The notes beneath the pieces are model-generated. The model was not told the DNA's origin, ran no database searches, and saw only the letters and a list, made by a program, of their open reading frames with translations. Below, piece after piece: positions 56,804 to 63,979 of a stretch of DNA of 64,000 nt (the stretch's first letter is position 1; every line of letters starts with the position of its first letter). The translations under genes and the position numbers were made by a program. The stretch is from Escherichia phage vB_EcoM_LNA1, in sequence record MZ311863.1; one strand, 5' to 3'.

Positions 56804-58219
56804 ATGAGCGAATTATTCAAACATGCGCACCTTCATGCAGGTCGAACTGAAAATGGTGCTGTAAACCATACTTCATCAATGTCTGCTCTTGTGGACTTTT
56901 ACAAAGCTGCTGGTTCAAGCCGTAGCAATGTAGAAATCTTACCAGACTTGTTCTACAAAGCTTTGCGTGAGGATGTTGATGTTGCAGTTCGTATTTTGCT
57001 TCACATGCGAGATGTACGAGAAGGTATGGGTGAGCGTAAAGCCTTCAGAACTGTTTTACTTAAAGCAATCGAAGATAAAGTTTTAGAGCCTACACAGGTT
57101 CTTCGTATTATGGATAAGATTGCAGAACTTGGTCGTTTTGATGACTTCAAAATCTTTGTAGGTACTCGTTTCGAAACAGATGCCTTCAAGCATTTAGAAG
57201 CAGCATTACTAGACCCTGCAACAGCAGGTTTGGCAGCCAAGTGGTTACCACGAGTCAAACCACGTCATAAGCAGTTTGTAAAACGTTTCTGCAAGTTTGC
57301 CAACTTGAGTGAGAAAGAGTACCGCACACTGTTGTCTGCACTGTCTGATACAGTTGAGCAAAAAATCTCTGCTAATGAGTTTGGTAAGATTGACTACAGT
57401 AAGATTCCTTCACTTGCTGCTGCACGTTACCAAAAACTCTTTAACCGTAAAGATGGGGAACGTTACAAAGCTTACATCGAGTCCCTCTCAAAAGGTGAGG
57501 CTAAGATTAATGCTGGTGCTGTTTACCCATACGATGTGATTAAATCTATCAAGTATGGTAATGCAGATGTTGCTAATGAGCAGTGGAAAGCACTACCAAA
57601 CTGGATGGCAGAAGGTGAAAACATCCTGTGTATGACTGATGTTTCAAGCTCAATGTCTTGGGTGAATCTTGGCTCAATTACTGCCCTTGATATTGGTGTA
57701 TCACTTGCCTTGTATGTAGCAGAACGCAATACAGGTTGCTTCAAGGATGAGTTAATGGTTTATTCAACAAACCCTCACTTCATCGAACTGAGTGGTGATT
57801 TACGAAACCGTCATCGTCAGGTGATGCGACATGTTGAATATGGCTCAACTAACTTACAAGCAGCTTTTGACCGCATTCTTGAGGTAGGTAAGAGAAACAA
57901 CTTGACTCAGAAAGATATGCCAAGTAAGCTTATCATCTTCTCTGATATGGAGTTCAATCAGGTTGATGGTGCAAATGGTCGTACAAACTTTGAAGCAATT
58001 CAGAGTAAGTACAAAAAAGCTGGATACGAAATGCCACAACTAGTATTCTGGTACTTAGCAAACCGTAATGGTACTTGCGAAGTGTCTGTTAAGGATAATG
58101 GTGTAGCAATGGTATCGGGGTTCTCTCCAGCCACTTTAAAAGCTCTGCTTGGTGGTGAGAAGTTTGACCCAATCAGCGTAATGCTTAAAGCAGTAATGAT
58201 TGACCGTTATATCTGGTAA
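56804..58219 (+). CDS. vWA (MIDAS) domain protein, possibly TROVE/Ro-like
   Basis: 471 aa; C-terminal half has MIDAS motif DVSSSMS and downstream IIFSDMEFN; N-terminal helical domain unassigned. Confidence 0.45.
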   Translation: MSELFKHAHLHAGRTENGAVNHTSSMSALVDFYKAAGSSRSNVEILPDLFYKALREDVDVAVRILLHMRDVREGMGERKAFRTVLLKAIEDKVLEPTQVLRIMDKIAELGRFDDFKIFVGTRFETDAFKHLEAALLDPATAGLAAKWLPRVKPRHKQFVKRFCKFANLSEKEYRTLLSALSDTVEQKISANEFGKIDYSKIPSLAAARYQKLFNRKDGERYKAYIESLSKGEAKINAGAVYPYDVIKSIKYGNADVANEQWKALPNWMAEGENILCMTDVSSSMSWVNLGSITALDIGVSLALYVAERNTGCFKDELMVYSTNPHFIELSGDLRNRHRQVMRHVEYGSTNLQAAFDRILEVGKRNNLTQKDMPSKLIIFSDMEFNQVDGANGRTNFEAIQSKYKKAGYEMPQLVFWYLANRNGTCEVSVKDNGVAMVSGFSPATLKALLGGEKFDPISVMLKAVMIDRYIW

Positions 58220-58238
58220 AAAGTTTTAAAAAAGGGTA

Positions 58239-58267
58239 TTGACAATGTGTTTAATACCCTTTAATAT
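58239..58267 (+). promoter_or_regulatory. sigma70-like promoter
   Basis: TTGACA-17 nt-TAATAT; a second weaker TTGACA element at 58330. Confidence 0.45.
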
Positions 58268-58385
58268 GTTCTACATAGAGACGAAATGAGAGCTTTTCTA
58301 AGATACTGAAAAATATTTTAAAAAAGTTCTTGACAATCACTAAAAAATAATGTTAAAGTGGTTACATAGAGTTTGAAAAGTTTAT

Positions 58386-58462
58386 CTCTGTTTAGCTCAG
58401 CTTGGTAGAGCGTTCCGTTTGGGGCGGTAAGGCCGGAGGTTCAAGTCCTCCAACAGAGACCA
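58386..58462 (+). tRNA. tRNA-Pro (UGG)
   Basis: manual fold: acceptor ctctgtt/aacagag (C1-G72), D-arm gctcagcttggtagagc, anticodon loop tttgggg, T-arm ggagg-ttcaagt-cctcc, CCA encoded. Confidence 0.65.
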
Positions 58463-58469
58463 AATTAAT

Positions 58470-58547
58470 GTTCCAGTAGACAAAATGGTATAGTCACCAC
58501 TCTTTCAAAGTGGATATTTGAGGGTTCAAATCCCTTCTGGAACGCCA
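58470..58547 (+). tRNA. tRNA-Glu (UUC)
   Basis: acceptor gttccag/ctggaac, anticodon arm ccact-ctttcaa-agtgg, T-loop ttcaaat. Confidence 0.6.
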
Positions 58548-58552
58548 GTTTT

Positions 58553-58630
58553 GACAGAAGACCAATTACAGCAAACTTAATCTTATTCATCTGAAGGTAA
58601 ATCGGACAAAGAAGAGATTTGGTCTGGTCA
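58553..58630 (+). repeat. inter-tRNA repeated element (copy a)
   Basis: gACAGAAGACCaaTTACAGCAA ... tttGGTCTGGtca; same 5' and 3' motifs recur in 3 further units. Confidence 0.5.
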
Positions 58631-58638
58631 TTAAGAAT

Positions 58639-58715
58639 TGCGGGTATAGAGAAAGGGCGTCTCACATGTCTCATTAGCATGGTATCGGCAGGTTCGACTC
58701 CTGCACCCGCCTCCA
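58639..58715 (+). tRNA. tRNA with CAU anticodon (Met or Ile2-type)
   Basis: D-arm gaga-aagggcg-tctc, anticodon arm catgt-ctcatta-gcatg, T-arm gcagg-ttcgact-cctgc; acceptor pairing imperfect, exact ends uncertain. Confidence 0.5.
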
Positions 58716-58720
58716 AATTT

Positions 58721-58790
58721 TACAGAAGACCGTTTACAGCAATATTTATTAAATTTTTAGCGGAAAAATTGAAAGATACGGTCTGGTAAT
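58721..58790 (+). repeat. inter-tRNA repeated element (copy b)
   Basis: tACAGAAGACCgtTTACAGCAA ... acGGTCTGGtaat. Confidence 0.5.
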
Positions 58791-58799
58791 ACTAAATAT

Positions 58800-58876
58800 G
58801 GTTAGGAAGCACATAAGGTATGTGCGGTCGCCTGTTAAGCGAATGGCACAGGGTTCGAATCCCTGACTAACCGCCA
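58800..58876 (+). tRNA. tRNA-Asn (GUU)
   Basis: anticodon loop ctgttaa, T-arm caggg-ttcgaat-ccctg, acceptor ggttagg/actaacc, CCA encoded. Confidence 0.65.
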
Positions 58877-58885
58877 AATTTAAAT

Positions 58886-58973
58886 GTGTCGTTATCCCGT
58901 AGATGGTAGCGGTGGGGACTGTAAATCCCTTGTCATTGAGACTCGGTAGGTTCGACTCCTACACGGCACACCA
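58886..58973 (+). tRNA. tRNA-Tyr (GUA), long variable arm
   Basis: 88 nt; anticodon arm gggga-ctgtaaa-tccct, T-arm gtagg-ttcgact-cctac, acceptor gtgtcgt/acggcac. Confidence 0.6.
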
Positions 58974-58994
58974 ATTTTGATAGGGCTACTTAGC

Positions 58995-59030
58995 CCCTCC
59001 CTTAAAGGGTTCTTACGAGTATCCTTTAAA
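58995..59030 (+). repeat. palindromic element AAGGGTTCTTACGAG..TCCTT (copy 1)
   Basis: cccttaaagggttcttacgagtatcctttaaagg; second copy at 62443. Confidence 0.5.
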
Positions 59031-59032
59031 GG

Positions 59033-59112
59033 AGCAGAAGACCAAATACAGCAAGTTACTTAAAATTTCAAGCCAATTTAATTTTGAAAAATTTAAAACT
59101 TGGTCTGGCTCA
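59033..59112 (+). repeat. inter-tRNA repeated element (copy c)
   Basis: gagCAGAAGACCaaaTACAGCAA ... ttGGTCTGGctc. Confidence 0.5.
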
Positions 59113-59120
59113 ACAAATTT

Positions 59121-59258
59121 ACAGAAGACCGTTTACAGCAAAACTTAAACAATCTATTTCTCGGTAAAGAAAAGGCGAAGATTCGACTCCTTCACTCGGC
59201 AGATGTCGAGTTGGTGTAATGGTAGCACTTAAGATGATAAACAACGGTCTGGTAATTA
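59121..59258 (+). repeat. inter-tRNA repeated element (copy d) containing tRNA-like fragments
   Basis: ACAGAAGACCgtTTACAGCAA ... T-arm-like gaagattcgactcctt and hairpin actcggcagatgtcgagt ... acGGTCTGGtaat. Confidence 0.45.
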
Positions 59259-59401
59259 CCTTTGTAGGTGAGCTATTAAGCTTACCTGTGAGTATGCGAC
59301 CACAAAGGGTGAAAGGGTAAATTCTAGATTTAAACCCAAAAAGGCACATCACTACAGACCTTAAGCAAGTCTGGGTAGCTTATCTACAAAGATAATTTAA
59401 T

Positions 59402-59477
59402 GGAAGTGTAGCAGAATGGTGATGCGGCAGACTTTTAATCTGACAGGCGATGGGTTCGATTCCCTCCACTTCTACCA
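59402..59477 (+). tRNA. tRNA-Lys (UUU)
   Basis: anticodon loop cttttaa, acceptor ggaagtg/cacttct, T-loop ttcgatt, CCA encoded. Confidence 0.6.
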
Positions 59478-59481
59478 ATAT

Positions 59482-59558
59482 GGTTCAGTCGCAGATAAGG
59501 TAATGCAAGGGTCTCATAAACCCTATGAATGTGGGTTCGATTCCCATCTGAACATCCA
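59482..59558 (+). tRNA. initiator tRNA-fMet (CAU)
   Basis: anticodon arm agGGt-ctcataa-aCCct with three consecutive G-C pairs, and 1-72 mismatch (G.A): both are bacterial initiator hallmarks. Confidence 0.6.
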
Positions 59559-59560
59559 AT

Positions 59561-59636
59561 GCTGTGAAAGCACATATGGATGTGCATTCGGCTGATAACC
59601 GAAAGGCAGAAGGTTCGAATCCTTCTCACAGTACCA
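59561..59636 (+). tRNA. tRNA-Ile (GAU)
   Basis: anticodon arm ttcgg-ctgataa-ccgaa, T-arm gaagg-ttcgaat-ccttc, D-arm gcac/gtgc. Confidence 0.65.
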
Positions 59637-59651
59637 ATTTCAATAAAGTTG

Positions 59652-59680
59652 TTGACATTGAGATGTGACTACTTTATACT
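59652..59680 (+). promoter_or_regulatory. strong sigma70-consensus promoter
   Basis: TTGACA-17 nt-TATACT; followed by about 200 nt with no ORF before next tRNA. Confidence 0.55.
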
Positions 59681-59884
59681 AACCTTAGTTTTCGTTGCGT
59701 AGCGTCTATTTTGCAAATTTAAAATAAATGCAAACGACAATGTTTTTCTGGCAGTAGCTTAATAGGCTAAACACCAGTGAGGTCTTCCAATCCCTCATCA
59801 AAGAATTTGGCGTACTCGCCCACGGTATGGTTAATAAGGTGGGCATCTTTAAGGGCTTTCTAAGAGAGTCTTTAAAGATAATTA

Positions 59885-59966
59885 CGGGGCGTATCTCAGC
59901 TGTCTTCTAAACAGCCGTTAACCGAGTAAGTGGAGTATGCGGGTTCGAGTCCTGCCGCCTCGACCA
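59885..59966 (+). tRNA. atypical tRNA-like gene (possible Arg UCU-type hairpin)
   Basis: good 7-bp acceptor cggggcg/cgcctcg and T-arm gcggg-ttcgagt-cctgc with CCA, but internal arms non-canonical; hairpin gctgt-cttctaa-acagc looks like an anticodon arm. Confidence 0.35.
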
Positions 59967-60115
59967 ATTTAGTTAGCAGATTACTTAGACGACCTAAGCG
60001 GGTCTTCCTGTAGGGAGGTGGTCTGTATCTCATGTTTTCCAGAACATGTAAATAATCTGAGAAGGGGCTTTACAGTGTTGAGATAATACGGTAAGCTTCG
60101 AATTATAGTTTTAAT

Positions 60116-60186
60116 AGGGGTGAGCTATGGCAGCAATAGAGTCTCCAAAATTCTTGATTAGAGTTCGAATCTCTCCACCCCTGCCA
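60116..60186 (+). tRNA. tRNA-Trp (CCA)
   Basis: starts aggggtg, anticodon loop ctccaaa, ends caccccctgcca; closely parallels E. coli tRNA-Trp ends. Confidence 0.7.
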
Positions 60187-60200
60187 GAACAGGTGCTTGT

Positions 60201-60605
60201 ATGAAACTTTGTAGAAAATGTTCTCAAGAAAAGCCTTTAAGCTGCTTTCATAAAAGGGGTAATGGCTATCAGTCTGCTTGCAAAGATTGTAAAGCTAAGT
60301 ACTCAGCAAAGAGATACAAAGAAGACCCTACTTATAAAGCAAAAAGAAAAGTTAGGGCAAAATATGACAAAAAGAGGAACAGAGAGTTCCTTAGTAGATA
60401 TAAAAAGTTTTGCAAATGCAGGATGTGTGGCGAATCTGAGCCAGTAGCTTTGGATTTTCATCACTTAGACCCTAAAGAGAAAGATTTTGCTCCAAGCAAT
60501 CTTAAAACTTACTCTAGAGGCACTATTAAGCGTGAAGTCCGTAAGTGTGTTGTGCTTTGTTCAAACTGTCATAGGAAAGTTCATGCAGGACTGTTAAGTA
60601 TTTAA
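60201..60605 (+). CDS. HNH endonuclease inside tRNA cluster
   Basis: 134 aa; Zn-ribbon CRKC...CKDC and DFHHLDP...CSNCHRKVH HNH motif. Confidence 0.6.
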   Translation: MKLCRKCSQEKPLSCFHKRGNGYQSACKDCKAKYSAKRYKEDPTYKAKRKVRAKYDKKRNREFLSRYKKFCKCRMCGESEPVALDFHHLDPKEKDFAPSNLKTYSRGTIKREVRKCVVLCSNCHRKVHAGLLSI

Positions 60606-60618
60606 CAGTCTTATTAGG

Positions 60619-60706
60619 GGTAGGTAGCGGCTAATGGTAGCCAAACTGTCTTGAAAACAGTTGCCACTGTAGAGATACGGTGAGGGTTCGACTCCTTTAC
60701 TTACCG
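60619..60706 (+). tRNA. tRNA-Ser (UGA), long variable arm
   Basis: 88 nt; anticodon arm actgt-cttgaaa-acagt; long variable arm; T-loop ttcgact; CCA not encoded. Confidence 0.6.
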
Positions 60707-60962
60707 CCTAATAAGATTTTAAAGCCAAGCTTCATTCGGATGTCGCTTTGGTATCCCTCGTGTTGTCTAACACATTGATAAAACACCTAGTAGGTGTCAC
60801 GGAGAAGAGATAATATCAAGCTCTCCAAAGGTTCTAGTCGCCGGATTAAACAAGACTATGCAAAGACCTTTTTAGGTCTTTTTAGAGGGCTTCTAAGGTT
60901 ATTACAGCTTGTTGTGGAACCTTGTTGCTTAGGTTCTTAGAAGTTCTCTAAAAAGATTTAAT

Positions 60963-61040
60963 GGGAGATTGATGGTAATTGGTAAACCTATCTCGCTTAG
61001 AACGAGATGTTTGAGGGTTCGAATCCCTTGTCTCCTACCA
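60963..61040 (+). tRNA. tRNA with UAG anticodon (Leu-type) but short variable arm
   Basis: anticodon arm tctcg-cttagaa-cgaga; T-arm gaggg-ttcgaat-ccctt; discriminator A; class I length. Confidence 0.5.
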
Positions 61041-61047
61041 AATTAAT

Positions 61048-61123
61048 GCAGGTGTAGCAAAATGGTTATGCGGCTGACTCTTAATCAGTAAGACGATGGG
61101 TTCGAATCCCTCCACCTGTACCA
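61048..61123 (+). tRNA. tRNA-Lys (CUU)
   Basis: paralogue of 59402 tRNA; anticodon loop ctcttaa. Confidence 0.55.
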
Positions 61124-61129
61124 AACATT

Positions 61130-61205
61130 GGGGATGTAGTTTACATGGTTAAAACATAAGTTTTGCAAACTTAAGTACAGGGTTCAATTCCCTGCTTCTC
61201 CACCA
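61130..61205 (+). tRNA. tRNA-Ala (UGC)
   Basis: G3.U70 wobble in acceptor (Ala identity element), anticodon loop ttttgcaa, ends ctccacca. Confidence 0.7.
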
Positions 61206-61211
61206 ATTAGT

Positions 61212-61286
61212 GCATCCATAGTTTAAACGGGAAAATTACAGTCTTCCAAACTGAGGTTGAGGGTTCGATTCCCTCTGGATGCTCCA
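61212..61286 (+). tRNA. tRNA-Gly (UCC)
   Basis: acceptor gcatcca/tggatgc, anticodon loop cttccaa, discriminator U. Confidence 0.65.
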
Positions 61287-61292
61287 AATAAT

Positions 61293-61369
61293 GCTGCTTT
61301 CGTATAATTGGCTATTACACATCCCTTGTAAGGATGGAAATGCAGGTTCGAGTCCTGTGAGCAGCACCA
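61293..61369 (+). tRNA. tRNA-Thr (UGU)
   Basis: anticodon arm catcc-cttgtaa-ggatg, T-arm gcagg-ttcgagt-cctgt. Confidence 0.65.
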
Positions 61370-61371
61370 AT

Positions 61372-61462
61372 TCAGAGGTCAAGTGAAAGACCGCTGGTGT
61401 CAACTGAAGACCGTAACAAATTCCACGGAGTTGAGTTAGCGGCACAACTTCAGACCTCTTTC
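61372..61462 (+). ncRNA. candidate structured non-tRNA element
   Basis: terminal inverted repeat cagaggtc...gacctct; contains ctGAAGACCGTaACAaA related to the inter-tRNA repeat motif. Confidence 0.3.
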
Positions 61463-61464
61463 AT

Positions 61465-61539
61465 ACTCGCTTAGTTTATATGGTAAAATATCACCCTTAC
61501 AAGATGAAGAAAAAGGTTCAAGTCCTTTAGTGAGTACCA
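61465..61539 (+). tRNA. tRNA-Val (UAC)
   Basis: anticodon loop cttacaa, T-arm aaagg-ttcaagt-ccttt, acceptor actcgct/agtgagt. Confidence 0.55.
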
Positions 61540-61540
61540 T

Positions 61541-61618
61541 GTTCCAGTATCCCAATTGGCAGAGGATGCAAGCTCAAACCTTGTATTAGTGACGGTTCGA
61601 ATCCGTCTTGGAACACCA
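61541..61618 (+). tRNA. tRNA with CAA anticodon (Leu-type) but short variable arm
   Basis: anticodon arm gcaag-ctcaaac-cttgt; acceptor gttccag/ttggaac shared with the Glu tRNA at 58470; discriminator A. Confidence 0.45.
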
Positions 61619-61637
61619 ATTTTAAGAGGCTATTTAG

Positions 61638-62195
61638 ATGAGATATTTGAAGTATGCTTCATGGATTTTCCTAGCTTTACTAGAACCATTTGCAGCAGCC
61701 CTAGCAGTCATCTTAGCACCTTTCGTAGTTCCATTCTACAGTGAGAAGAAAGGGCATCTACCTTTTGGATTCAGATGGATGGAGACCTATGACAACCCGA
61801 TTGATGGTGATGAAGGCCACGTTAAAAGATGGGCTAAGATTAGAAAGATTGGTAAGCTGGGTGTCTACATGCAGAGAGTTGGATGGCTCTGGAGAAACAA
61901 AGCTTATAACTTCTCTTACCATGTATTAGGAAGAGATGTAAAAGGTGTGACTAAGTGGAAAGGTAATATCAACGTAAGTTCTGACCCTGAAGATAATCAG
62001 ACAGGTTATCTCCTAATGTGGAACAGTAATGCTTGGGGATTATTCGCTTTTATCCCATCAATTAAAGTCTTTGGTAAGCAGTTTTACTGGAGAATTTATG
62101 TTGGATGGAAACTAAAAAGCGTTGTCCCAGAAGAGAGAGCATTCTCAAGGGAAAGAGTTATGTTGGCATTCTTTATTCATCCACTGAGAAAGTAA
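61638..62195 (+). CDS. hypothetical membrane protein
   Basis: 185 aa; N-terminal hydrophobic helix WIFLALLEPFAAALAVILAPFVVPF; embedded in tRNA cluster. Confidence 0.4.
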   Translation: MRYLKYASWIFLALLEPFAAALAVILAPFVVPFYSEKKGHLPFGFRWMETYDNPIDGDEGHVKRWAKIRKIGKLGVYMQRVGWLWRNKAYNFSYHVLGRDVKGVTKWKGNINVSSDPEDNQTGYLLMWNSNAWGLFAFIPSIKVFGKQFYWRIYVGWKLKSVVPEERAFSRERVMLAFFIHPLRK

Positions 62196-62203
62196 AGATT
62201 TAA

Positions 62204-62279
62204 AGGGGATTAGTTTACAAGGTTAAAACCTCGGTCTTTGAAATCGAAGAAGTTGGTTCAATTCCAACATCCCCCGCCA
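62204..62279 (+). tRNA. tRNA-Gln (UUG)
   Basis: anticodon arm tcggt-ctttgaa-atcga, T-arm gttgg-ttcaatt-ccaac. Confidence 0.55.
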
Positions 62280-62281
62280 AT

Positions 62282-62360
62282 GCTCCATTACTCCAATTGG
62301 CAGAGAGGCCAGACTTAAAATCTGTGTTATGTATCGGTTCGAATCCGATATGGAGTACCA
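62282..62360 (+). tRNA. tRNA with UAA anticodon (Leu-type) but short variable arm
   Basis: anticodon loop cttaaaa, T-arm atcgg-ttcgaat-ccgat, discriminator A. Confidence 0.45.
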
Positions 62361-62365
62361 ATTTT

Positions 62366-62441
62366 AGCGGTATAGCATAACTGGCAATGCAGCAGTCTCT
62401 GAAGCTGTCCTATTAAGGTTCAAATCCTTATGCCGCTGCCA
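62366..62441 (+). tRNA. tRNA-Gln (CUG)
   Basis: anticodon arm gcagt-ctctgaa-gctgt, T-arm taagg-ttcaaat-cctta. Confidence 0.55.
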
Positions 62442-62442
62442 C

Positions 62443-62470
62443 TTCTAAGGGTTCTTACGAGAGTCCTTAA
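62443..62470 (+). repeat. palindromic element AAGGGTTCTTACGAG..TCCTT (copy 2)
   Basis: cttctaagggttcttacgagagtccttaaatg. Confidence 0.5.
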
Positions 62471-62471
62471 A

Positions 62472-62547
62472 TGTGGCCTTATCATAAATGGTAATGACCC
62501 ATGCTGTGAACATGGTCTATACGGGTTCAAATCCCGTAGGTCACCCC
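62472..62547 (+). tRNA. tRNA-His (GUG)
   Basis: anticodon arm ccatg-ctgtgaa-catgg, discriminator C, T-arm acggg-ttcaaat-cccgt; no encoded G-1 seen. Confidence 0.6.
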
Positions 62548-62552
62548 AATTT

Positions 62553-62629
62553 ATAGTCCAAGTAGCTTATATGGTTAAAGCGCGTGTCTGAAAAACATGA
62601 GAAGAGGGTTCAAATCCCACTGGACTACC
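62553..62629 (+). tRNA. tRNA-Phe (GAA)
   Basis: anticodon arm cgtgt-ctgaaaa-acatg, acceptor tagtcca/tggacta; 3' end assignment uncertain. Confidence 0.55.
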
Positions 62630-62646
62630 AATTTCAAAGGTGCTTA

Positions 62647-63381
62647 ATGAAAGAGATGACAGAACAAGGTAAGGAGATTTTTAATCTCTTAAAAACCGGT
62701 AAAGGGTTTTCTAACCCGCTTATTACTGGTGCAGCAGTTCTCGGTGGAACCGTAGCTGCCTCTACATCACTTGTAAGCTCTATTAGCTCTGTAACAGACC
62801 CTACAATAAAAGATAAGCTTGTTGCTGCTGGGCTTACAACAGTCCTTCTAAACAGCTTTACAACAAGCCTTACAAGCACTACAGCAACTACTAAGACCCT
62901 AACAGACTACGGTCAAAAGTCTATTGATGAGTTTTCATCACGTATGCAGGTAGCAAAGGGATACTCCAATGTTATGGGTGCAGCAGGGGAACAAGTTGGT
63001 TGTACACCATTCAGTGGTATTATGGGTGTTGCTACAGAGTATGGTCAAAAAGCTATTGGCATGATGAACAGTACACTAGATAGTGTTAATGGTGTGTTAA
63101 GTGACTTGCAAGACGCTATTGATGAGGGTCTTGATACTGTTTCTGATTTAGCTAATCAAGCTGTTAGTAAAATTAATGAAGGCATTTCAAAGATTACAGC
63201 TTATGCAGATGAAGTTGTGCAGATGATTGAAGAAGAAGCTGCCCTTATTGCAGAGTACCTTAAAACGAATATTAATGGGTTCTTAGCAGGTATCTTACCA
63301 GACTGGTTTGATGATGCCTGTAAAACTGGTGTAATTGACACTATTGCAACACCAGAAATGAAGAGCGCATTACAGAAATAA
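62647..63381 (+). CDS. hypothetical Ser/Thr-rich protein
   Basis: start moved to internal Met (MKEMTEQG) because the 5' part of the ORF overlaps tRNA-Phe. Confidence 0.4.
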   Translation: MKEMTEQGKEIFNLLKTGKGFSNPLITGAAVLGGTVAASTSLVSSISSVTDPTIKDKLVAAGLTTVLLNSFTTSLTSTTATTKTLTDYGQKSIDEFSSRMQVAKGYSNVMGAAGEQVGCTPFSGIMGVATEYGQKAIGMMNSTLDSVNGVLSDLQDAIDEGLDTVSDLANQAVSKINEGISKITAYADEVVQMIEEEAALIAEYLKTNINGFLAGILPDWFDDACKTGVIDTIATPEMKSALQK

Positions 63382-63382
63382 T

Positions 63383-63475
63383 GGAAGATTAACCCTAAAA
63401 GGTAAGGGAGCAGTTTGCTAAACTGCCAGTAGCTGAGAAATCGGTGTACCAGTTCAAGTCTGGTATCTTCCTCCA
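63383..63475 (+). tRNA. tRNA-Ser (GCU), long variable arm
   Basis: 93 nt; anticodon arm gcagt-ttgctaa-actgc, 21-nt variable arm, T-arm accag-ttcaagt-ctggt. Confidence 0.65.
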
Positions 63476-63480
63476 ATTTT

Positions 63481-63556
63481 GAATCCGTGACAGAAATGGA
63501 TATGTGCCTGTCTGCAAAACAGGTTTATAAGGGTTCAAGCCCCTTCGGATTCTCCA
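63481..63556 (+). tRNA. tRNA-Cys (GCA)
   Basis: anticodon arm cctgt-ctgcaaa-acagg, discriminator U, acceptor gaatccg/cggattc. Confidence 0.65.
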
Positions 63557-63778
63557 AGTTATTTTACTCTCTCTCAATTAAAATAATAATAATGCCCTGC
63601 TATAAGTATTCTTCCTTTCGCTACCGAAGAGTATTTTTAGACAGGGCTTTTTTACAGAGTTATACTTTATAAGAAGCCTTATACAGTATGTCTCTGACGT
63701 ACATTGTGGTTTCTCCTTGACGGTCTCTGTGCCGTCTTTTTTAAGGGGAAACAAGATTAATTATTTGGAGAAAACATA

Positions 63779-63979
63779 ATGAGCGAGAACGTTTATAAAG
63801 AACTTTATGAAGCTAACAAGAAGTTAGAGTTTATGCAGAATACTATCATGGCAATTGCAGATAGATTATCTGTAGCAACAGGTATTGATATTAAAGAAGC
63901 ATCTATGGATGCACTTCTTGATGCTGTTGATGCAAAGTTCGAAGTTAAGAAAGAAGAGACTGCTACAGACTCTGAATAA
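63779..63979 (+). CDS. small hypothetical acidic protein
   Basis: 66-aa ORF. Confidence 0.3.
   Translation: MSENVYKELYEANKKLEFMQNTIMAIADRLSVATGIDIKEASMDALLDAVDAKFEVKKEETATDSE

Noticed and set aside
59160-59215. A complete or permuted tRNA gene at the T-arm-like fragment gaagattcgactcctt
   Set aside because: No matching 5' acceptor strand or anticodon arm could be assembled; the adjacent acceptor-like strands form a simple hairpin instead; kept only as tRNA-like fragment within repeat unit d
58465-59629. Minus-strand ORFs within the tRNA cluster (58465-58716, 59119-59352, 59435-59629, 61236-61445)
   Set aside because: They overlap tRNA genes on the opposite strand and have no RBS or coding signal
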